Of a DNA stretch of 64,000 nt, positions 58,351 to 64,000 are shown one piece after another (within the stretch, counting starts at the first letter, position 1; every line of letters begins with the position of its first letter). The stretch spans positions 16,575 through 80,574 of the forward strand of contig JBDHWW010000010.1 in NCBI GenBank assembly GCA_039810425.1, given 5' to 3'. The notes beneath the pieces were generated by a model. That model was not told the origin of the DNA, made no database searches, and worked only from the letters and a program-made list of their open reading frames with translations. A program made the translations under genes and the position numbers. This DNA comes from Pseudobdellovibrionaceae bacterium. Its GTDB lineage: Bacteria; Bdellovibrionota; Bdellovibrionia; Bdellovibrionales; Bdellovibrionaceae.

Positions 58351-59265
58351 ATGAAAACAATGATTCTTTCAACTTTGATGATGATCGCAACTTCAACAGC
58401 TTTCGCCGGTAAAGAGCGTGGTTGCTTGAAAAATACTTTTCGAGAGCTCTCTTCTGCGGCGGAAGAAATCCAAAGCCAAGCAGCGGCTGACAATCGCGTG
58501 GTAGTAGACCGCACAAATCCATCTTATGCTGAAACCAATGCAATTGGTGTAGTTACAAAACCAAACTCTTCTGGATATGGAACTGGTTTTCTGATTAGCC
58601 CATGCCATGTACTTACAAATGCTCACGTAGTGGCAATGGACCGCCGTAAAAGCAGTGTTGGCTCTAAAGTTAAGTTTTCAGTTGGCCAAGATCCGAGCGG
58701 TGAAAAGCAATTTACTGAATTTTTAGTTGATGGAACTGTAGTAGCACAAGGTATCATCGATCACAAAGAAGCACTAAAATCTAAAGAATACAAACCAAAA
58801 AAATCTGATACTAACACTGACTGGGCAGTCATCAAACTCTCTAAACCTATTGGCAAAAAAGTAGGCTTTTTAACTTATTCTCAGGCGGACTATAAGCACC
58901 TTAAAGATCTTTCCGTGATTACTGCAGGATTTCCTGGAAGTAGAACTCAGAATGGTGCCGACCTTTCTAAAATGTATGGCGATATTAATTGCAAAATACT
59001 TGGTATTAATGCTGAAACTGGTTATTTGCAGCATACGTGCCAGACGTCCCCTGGCCAGTCAGGCAGTCCCATCATAGTAAAAGACAGCAAAGGCAAATTG
59101 CATGCAATCGGCATGATCAGTGGCGAAATGGGTTTTGGTATGAATGAAACCACAGTTGCAGATGATACAAATTCCGCCGTGAACTTTTCTTCTGGTAAAA
59201 TGCTAGGCACAAAAACTGATGGAGATAAAATCGTTGACGCGGCTCAGGCAAATAGTTGTGAATAG
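58351..59265 (+). CDS. Secreted trypsin-like (S1) serine protease
   Basis: Signal peptide; triad LTNAHV, TDWAVI, GQSGSP. Confidence 0.9.
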   Translation: MKTMILSTLMMIATSTAFAGKERGCLKNTFRELSSAAEEIQSQAAADNRVVVDRTNPSYAETNAIGVVTKPNSSGYGTGFLISPCHVLTNAHVVAMDRRKSSVGSKVKFSVGQDPSGEKQFTEFLVDGTVVAQGIIDHKEALKSKEYKPKKSDTNTDWAVIKLSKPIGKKVGFLTYSQADYKHLKDLSVITAGFPGSRTQNGADLSKMYGDINCKILGINAETGYLQHTCQTSPGQSGSPIIVKDSKGKLHAIGMISGEMGFGMNETTVADDTNSAVNFSSGKMLGTKTDGDKIVDAAQANSCE

Positions 59266-59332
59266 ACCTAAATCTAGGTCTATTCAAACAAGACTCTCAA
59301 AATAATTTCAATAATAGTAAAATTAATGAGTT

Positions 59333-61150
59333 ATGAACTTTATAAAGACCATAGCTCATTTTTCATTTTTCCTTTGTACTATCGCATTCGGTAATAATAT
59401 TGAACATCTATTAATCAAGGATGACTTCAACCAAAATGGTGTTGCAGATAGAGTAATTTTCTCGTCTTATGAAATATCAGGTTTCTACTTGTCAAAAAAT
59501 GGCAACAAGCAAGTGGACACCTTTTTTTTAAAGCAAGGAAATAGGTCTATTTTTTTTTCAAAAGAAAATAATGAAAGACAAATCTATATCAAATTATCTG
59601 AAAATGTTGGTTTCATCACGGTTATCACATTTTTAAAATATGAAAATAAAGTATTCAGGCATCTCAGCAGCTATGCAATCCCAGAAAAAATATACTTCTC
59701 TGATGACTTCCTCTCGAGTCCACTTATAGAAGATCCCATCAAAAATCACTGTGACAACAATAGTGTTTTTAGCAATAAAACTTTAAATGATGCTTTATCC
59801 TGGAGCAATGAATTAAAAAATCACTCCGTTTCTGAAGCGATAAAAAAAGTAATCGATCCAAGTTGTAAATCAATTCTAGGTGATGAATATTCAAAAATGG
59901 AAAAGCAAGTTATCTCTGCATGCTCTCTGGATATTGGAAAGCCAGAGTCTAACCCTCTAATTAAATGTTTAGACGAGAGTGAAAAAACAAAACTACTTAG
60001 CAGTCTTTATAAACTTTCTCTCGCAGAAAGTATTTTCCAAAGTGGTTTTAAAATCACTTGTAAGCAAAGTAATGAAACTAAGCCGCTTGCCAGCTTTAGT
60101 AGTTCCAATAACGTGATTAACTTTTTTCAAACTACTCCGGTCAGTAAAAATCGGAACTACAAAGCAGATTTCTTCCACGAGATGATGCACTCTTCATCGG
60201 TATATAGCGAAAGTGACGCCACCAATATTGTAAACAAATGTCTAAGTGATGACACTGCTCAGATCGCTACAAAAATGGATACATATATTCCACTGACCAC
60301 ACCGTCGTCGCCTTTAACTACAAATATTAATAATCAAAATAGAAAAGATGGCGTAGAAATAAATGTTCCTAGCCAACTAAAAGAAGTTTCACAAACCACA
60401 ATTGCTGCTGCCATTAACGAAGGATCTAAAACACTTGACTCGAATTTCTCGATGGAAAACTCCGCTCAGTACGAATCCCTCGCAAAAGCATCTAAAGCTA
60501 CATTTAAATCTTTTGATCCCATTATGAAGGCGGCTTATGAAGCAGCTGTTCCAACAGCATTCGCACTAGGATCGCTTGCTAGTGGCTCTAGCTCTTCCAC
60601 ATCCGAGGCTTCCGTTGCTATGCCTACTGTAAAAGTCGCAGCGACTACAACAAGAAGTATTGCATCGGCTTCTTCAAATTCCGCTACCTCGACTTCGGCT
60701 GTGTATGACATTTCCTCTCTTCCAACTTCGGTCATGGCATCGGAAAAAGGTGAACTTGGCAATGGTCTGACTGTGAAGGCTGCTGCCATAAATATTAAAG
60801 AGGGATTCGCTCGCTCGTCATTATCCACTGAAACTGTTGCTGGTGGAACAAGTTCTGGCACAAATATAAGTGGTAGCGGACGTTCCGGCTATACTCCGAC
60901 GACAGATCAACCTGATCTGCGTAACAACGTGCCTCAGCTCAAAGCGGAAGAGGCTTTTATTAAGACACTGACTACTGGTAAATACTCAGAAGTGAAAGCC
61001 CGCCTCACAGATCCAAAAAATCAAAGAATATTGGAAGACAAACGTATTCAGTATGTGGCACGAGATAAAACTCTCGGCTCAAAAAAACCGGTTTTGATTC
61101 TTAAAGATCTTGGCAATAAGTTTTCAATAGTCCGCGTGACTATTGAGTAG
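59333..61150 (+). CDS. Secreted protein with HExxH motif and Ser/Thr/Ala-rich region
   Basis: Signal peptide; DFNQNG Ca-loop-like motif; HEMMH at 60176-60190. Confidence 0.7.
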   Translation: MNFIKTIAHFSFFLCTIAFGNNIEHLLIKDDFNQNGVADRVIFSSYEISGFYLSKNGNKQVDTFFLKQGNRSIFFSKENNERQIYIKLSENVGFITVITFLKYENKVFRHLSSYAIPEKIYFSDDFLSSPLIEDPIKNHCDNNSVFSNKTLNDALSWSNELKNHSVSEAIKKVIDPSCKSILGDEYSKMEKQVISACSLDIGKPESNPLIKCLDESEKTKLLSSLYKLSLAESIFQSGFKITCKQSNETKPLASFSSSNNVINFFQTTPVSKNRNYKADFFHEMMHSSSVYSESDATNIVNKCLSDDTAQIATKMDTYIPLTTPSSPLTTNINNQNRKDGVEINVPSQLKEVSQTTIAAAINEGSKTLDSNFSMENSAQYESLAKASKATFKSFDPIMKAAYEAAVPTAFALGSLASGSSSSTSEASVAMPTVKVAATTTRSIASASSNSATSTSAVYDISSLPTSVMASEKGELGNGLTVKAAAINIKEGFARSSLSTETVAGGTSSGTNISGSGRSGYTPTTDQPDLRNNVPQLKAEEAFIKTLTTGKYSEVKARLTDPKNQRILEDKRIQYVARDKTLGSKKPVLILKDLGNKFSIVRVTIE

Positions 61151-61247
61151 CTCCGAGAGTTTATAATAGGGACGGGCCTCAACGTCTAACTCCCCCTGAT
61201 CTTCGGAAGCCTAATCCAATCTAGTGACAAATAAGATCGGCCCCAAT

Positions 61248-61412
61248 AATGCAAAAAGCGAGATCGGGCTTTCCCTCTCTCGCTTTGCTTCGGATATAGT
61301 CGGACTCAATCGTCCGATAATCGTCTACATCGGACCTGATAAACTCCGAAGGCCTCCCTACCCTGGCCTCAGAAATGCAAAAAGCGAGATGGGCCTTCCC
61401 AGTCTCGCTTTT
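61248..61412. repeat. Two tandem hairpin repeats, terminator-like
   Basis: AATGCAAAAAGCGAGAT identical at 61248 and 61374; each closes with TCTCGCTTT. Confidence 0.85.
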
Positions 61413-61663
61413 ATTGGAACCGAAACTCCTCGTAATCTAGGAGGTTCCGATGCCGAAATCTTCAAAACACTATAAGAAGATTCGTTATTTTTATGGATTA
61501 CTCAACGGGCTCTAAGGCTAGTTATGTTGTTAATAGAGCTTGTTGATCATTTTCTGAAACTGATTAGGTAATACTTCTCAAGGCTCCAACGTGTACGACC
61601 GGCCGACGAAGGGGCGTTAAACCCGAGGAGGATCGGTTTAAGAACGGACTGGGAAGGCCCGTC
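61374..61663 (+). other. Structured small-peptide locus, type I toxin-antitoxin-like
   Basis: AGGAGG SD inside a hairpin; 18-nt 5'/3' complementarity; hydrophobic peptide ...LVMLLIELVDHFLKLIR*. Confidence 0.5.
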
Positions 61664-62820
61664 TATTCAATAAAATTCCTAAAAACTAAAGTGACGAGTG
61701 TTCCACGATCTACTTTAGAGAGAATATTAAGATGCCCAGTCCAAGATTCTATTTTCGATTTTGCGTCGTAAATACCCAGTCCATTTCCATCTTCTTTACC
61801 AAATGAAAAACCGCGGCGACCTAACTTGTCAAGAGCATCTTCAGGTATCCCTTTACCGGTATCACCAATCGTCAGCTCAGTTCTATCGTTGTAACTTCTC
61901 ATAGAAATCGTAATGACATTTGTTTCTTCCGCCTTCGAAGCATCTACAGAGTTATTAATTAAGTTTGATACGATTCTTTGAATATCAGACGCAACGCCAT
62001 GAACTTGTATCTTTGAGTCCGGATCAAAATCAATTACTATATCGACTTTTTCATTATGCTCATGCTCTAACCTCTTTTCTGAGAGCAACTGACTCACAAG
62101 AGAGGCAAGTACAACGCCATGAACATTTGTTTTCCCCGGTTCTTCATGTAACACTTGTAAAACGCTGACGTCATTAGCTTTCGATCTTGCAAGAAGATCA
62201 TTTGCAATTTGACTGATTCTTTCGCTAACTGAAGATAGAATTTCACGACTATCGGGGTCAAGACCACTCATTTTTGAAATAGCAATATTCATTGCCGACA
62301 AAGGCGATCTTATATCATGCGCAACTTGATTAGCTAATTCGACTAGCTTTTCCTTTGCATGATTCGATATCGTAATTCTATCGTGATATAATCTGAAAAA
62401 GAAAAGTATAGAAAGAATTTGAGCCAGCAAAAGCACGAGTGCGGAATAAATAAGCGCCCTTGGCATAACATAGGTTATAAAAATCTCGAGATTCGTTACG
62501 GGTATCCCCTGAATTTTCACTTTTTCAGTCAGGATGCCGCCGCCACAGAAACCCTTCTTAGCATCTACAAAAATACGATTATCATAGCTGCCAAAAATAC
62601 ATTGCACGCCATCTGAGGCCATCAATGCATTTAGCTTCGTTGCCAATTGCATAGTGTCTGCAGCAGCTAGCTCAAAACGATTCTGTTGGGAGAATTGCTC
62701 GACGGCTTGATGGGAAGCTTGTGTAAGATTTAAACGGATAAATCCCAAGACAAATAAGCCTGTAAACAAAACACCAGAAAAAAATAGGACCTCAATCTGT
62801 GTAAACTTTACTAATCTCAT
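61663..62820 (-). CDS. Orphan membrane sensor histidine kinase
   Basis: Two TM helices; QVAHDIRSPL, NLINNSVDA, DTGKG, GNGLG. Confidence 0.92.
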   Translation of the reverse strand: MRLVKFTQIEVLFFSGVLFTGLFVLGFIRLNLTQASHQAVEQFSQQNRFELAAADTMQLATKLNALMASDGVQCIFGSYDNRIFVDAKKGFCGGGILTEKVKIQGIPVTNLEIFITYVMPRALIYSALVLLLAQILSILFFFRLYHDRITISNHAKEKLVELANQVAHDIRSPLSAMNIAISKMSGLDPDSREILSSVSERISQIANDLLARSKANDVSVLQVLHEEPGKTNVHGVVLASLVSQLLSEKRLEHEHNEKVDIVIDFDPDSKIQVHGVASDIQRIVSNLINNSVDASKAEETNVITISMRSYNDRTELTIGDTGKGIPEDALDKLGRRGFSFGKEDGNGLGIYDAKSKIESWTGHLNILSKVDRGTLVTLVFRNFIE

Positions 62821-62904
62821 AACACGTCTTTAGTTTGCTCCGTCCATAATATATAAATCATCAGTAGTTTTACTTTTCTCTTCTTATAACTCAAGAGGTC
62901 ACTT

Positions 62905-63156
62905 ATGAAATCCGTAGTTATTATCCTACTATCTATCATTGGACTCAACGCTTTTGCTGAAAAAGTAGAACTCAACATTCTTGGTGTAGATAAAACTCCG
63001 AAAGTACCAAAAGACGCAAAAATTGAAGGTAATGGAAATTGGGCTGTCAAAGAAACTCGTACTGGAAGCGGTAACTGGACCATAAAAGAAGCAATAAAAA
63101 CTTCCAACGAGCAAAAAGTTAATAGCACTGGTAACTGGGCAACCAAATCAAAGTAA
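62905..63156 (+). CDS. Secreted 83-aa precursor-like peptide with three GNW repeats
   Basis: GAGG SD; signal peptide ending AFA; GNGNWAVK, GSGNWTIK, STGNWATK. Confidence 0.8.
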   Translation: MKSVVIILLSIIGLNAFAEKVELNILGVDKTPKVPKDAKIEGNGNWAVKETRTGSGNWTIKEAIKTSNEQKVNSTGNWATKSK

Positions 63157-63172
63157 TTAATATTTTTCTATC

Positions 63173-63949
63173 ATGAATAATCTAAAAGTAAGGCGTTTGT
63201 CTAAATACGTACTATTAGTATTGGCAGGCGCCTTTTTTTTTATTTTAATTAATACTATGAATTCAAATCATAATGAGTCTACTTTAAAAGTATGGTCTTT
63301 ACGAACGCCATCCTCTACCGATCCCTTAAAGTATGATGCCTTAGCACATCACATTTGCTTTCGATCAGCTTATGCCTCTTTAGTTTCTGAGTATAAACTC
63401 GGAGCAATTGGCGGTGCAATTGCTGATTCTTGGTCTTCAAGTCCTAAAATGGATTTATGGAAGTTTCATATTAGAGCCAATTTAGTCTTCGCAAATGGTG
63501 ATGCAATTACACCAAAAATTATTGCCACGAACCTTAATAGAGCCGCCTACGTAATGAAGAACAGTGGTTCAAATTCGGGTCTTTTAGAGTTTTTGGTAGG
63601 TTTTGAAAAAGTTGATTCGGTAGACAAATTAGCTAAAGGAATTAGCTATGATGATACCTATGTGTATTTGCAATTTTCCAAGCCAATACCTGACCTATTA
63701 ACAAAAATAAGTTTTGGCCTTTATGCTATTGCTCATCCCTCCCAATTTGATTCCAAGAATGGCCAATGGAAAGATGACAGAAAGCTTATTTCTTCAGGAC
63801 CTTACGAAATAGCATCCTGGACAGGTAAGTCACTGATATTAAGGCTTAGAGCGAATTATCCAACTAGCAACCTATTAAGAAATCCTTATAAAGAAGCAAT
63901 AATTTACTTCAGTCCAGATGATATTTGGAGAAATTTCAAATCTAGTTGA
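63173..63949 (+). CDS. Family 5 (OppA-like) solute-binding protein, apparently C-terminally truncated
   Basis: IADSWSSS...WKFHIR...FANGDAIT, ISSGPYEI; only 258 aa. Confidence 0.75.
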   Translation: MNNLKVRRLSKYVLLVLAGAFFFILINTMNSNHNESTLKVWSLRTPSSTDPLKYDALAHHICFRSAYASLVSEYKLGAIGGAIADSWSSSPKMDLWKFHIRANLVFANGDAITPKIIATNLNRAAYVMKNSGSNSGLLEFLVGFEKVDSVDKLAKGISYDDTYVYLQFSKPIPDLLTKISFGLYAIAHPSQFDSKNGQWKDDRKLISSGPYEIASWTGKSLILRLRANYPTSNLLRNPYKEAIIYFSPDDIWRNFKSS

Positions 63950-64000
63950 AAGTTGAGGGAGCCCGCCTTTCGTGGAATGATTTCCACTGCTTAACAAAGA

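Noticed and set aside
58044..58514. 156-aa minus-strand ORF
   Set aside because: It overlaps the protease start on the opposite strand and has no recognisable motif; at most a remnant
61224..61475. 83-aa ORF with repeated NAKSE
   Set aside because: The repeat comes from the DNA hairpin duplication; GTG start without an SD
61170..61663. CRISPR array or retron ncRNA
   Set aside because: Only two degenerate units, no regular spacers, and no cas or reverse transcriptase gene in the window
62905..63156. Darobactin-like precursor
   Set aside because: The cores are GNWxxK, not WNWxKxF; there is a Sec signal and no radical SAM gene in the window
1..64000. tRNA, rRNA, tmRNA, RNase P RNA or known riboswitches
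   Set aside because: No recognisable signatures by eye in the intergenic regions; a tRNAscan-SE or Infernal run would be needed to exclude them formally

Overview
A 64-kb bacterial chromosome segment whose gene content and style point to a predatory Bdellovibrionota (Bdellovibrio-like) genome; this is an inference from the maf-yggS-proC-divIVA-yggU block, TadC/FHA cluster, FQNC-type lipoprotein and many sigma54/sigma28-like promoters. Positions 1-55.8 kb are mostly core genes: gpx, pgpA-pncC-recA, recX-alaS, truA, rplM-rpsI, pssA-asd, exbBD, mltF, glmU-glmS, a histidine kinase/sigma54 regulator pair, speB and mutY. Embedded in them are a yceI-bufferin (BufA2/MNIO/DUF2063) RiPP operon, a REP-associated tyrosine transposase with perfect 28-bp inverted REPs and dispersed copies, a TadC-DUF192-3xFHA-pseudo-PP2C operon resembling contact-killing Tad systems, and an HTH_17-degenerate PilB-ATPase fusion with an apparent autoregulatory promoter. 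From about 55.8 kb the DNA is visibly AT-richer and accessory. It encodes a membrane class III cyclase-like/HEAT protein, a secreted serine protease, a secreted HExxH protein and two paralogous small hydrophobic peptide loci in structured RNA (type I toxin-antitoxin-like). The best candidate for an undescribed system also lies here: an orphan sensor kinase divergent from a secreted 83-aa precursor with three xxGNWxxK repeats, followed by an oligopeptide-binding protein. All calls come from reading the sequence and translations; no database searches were run.
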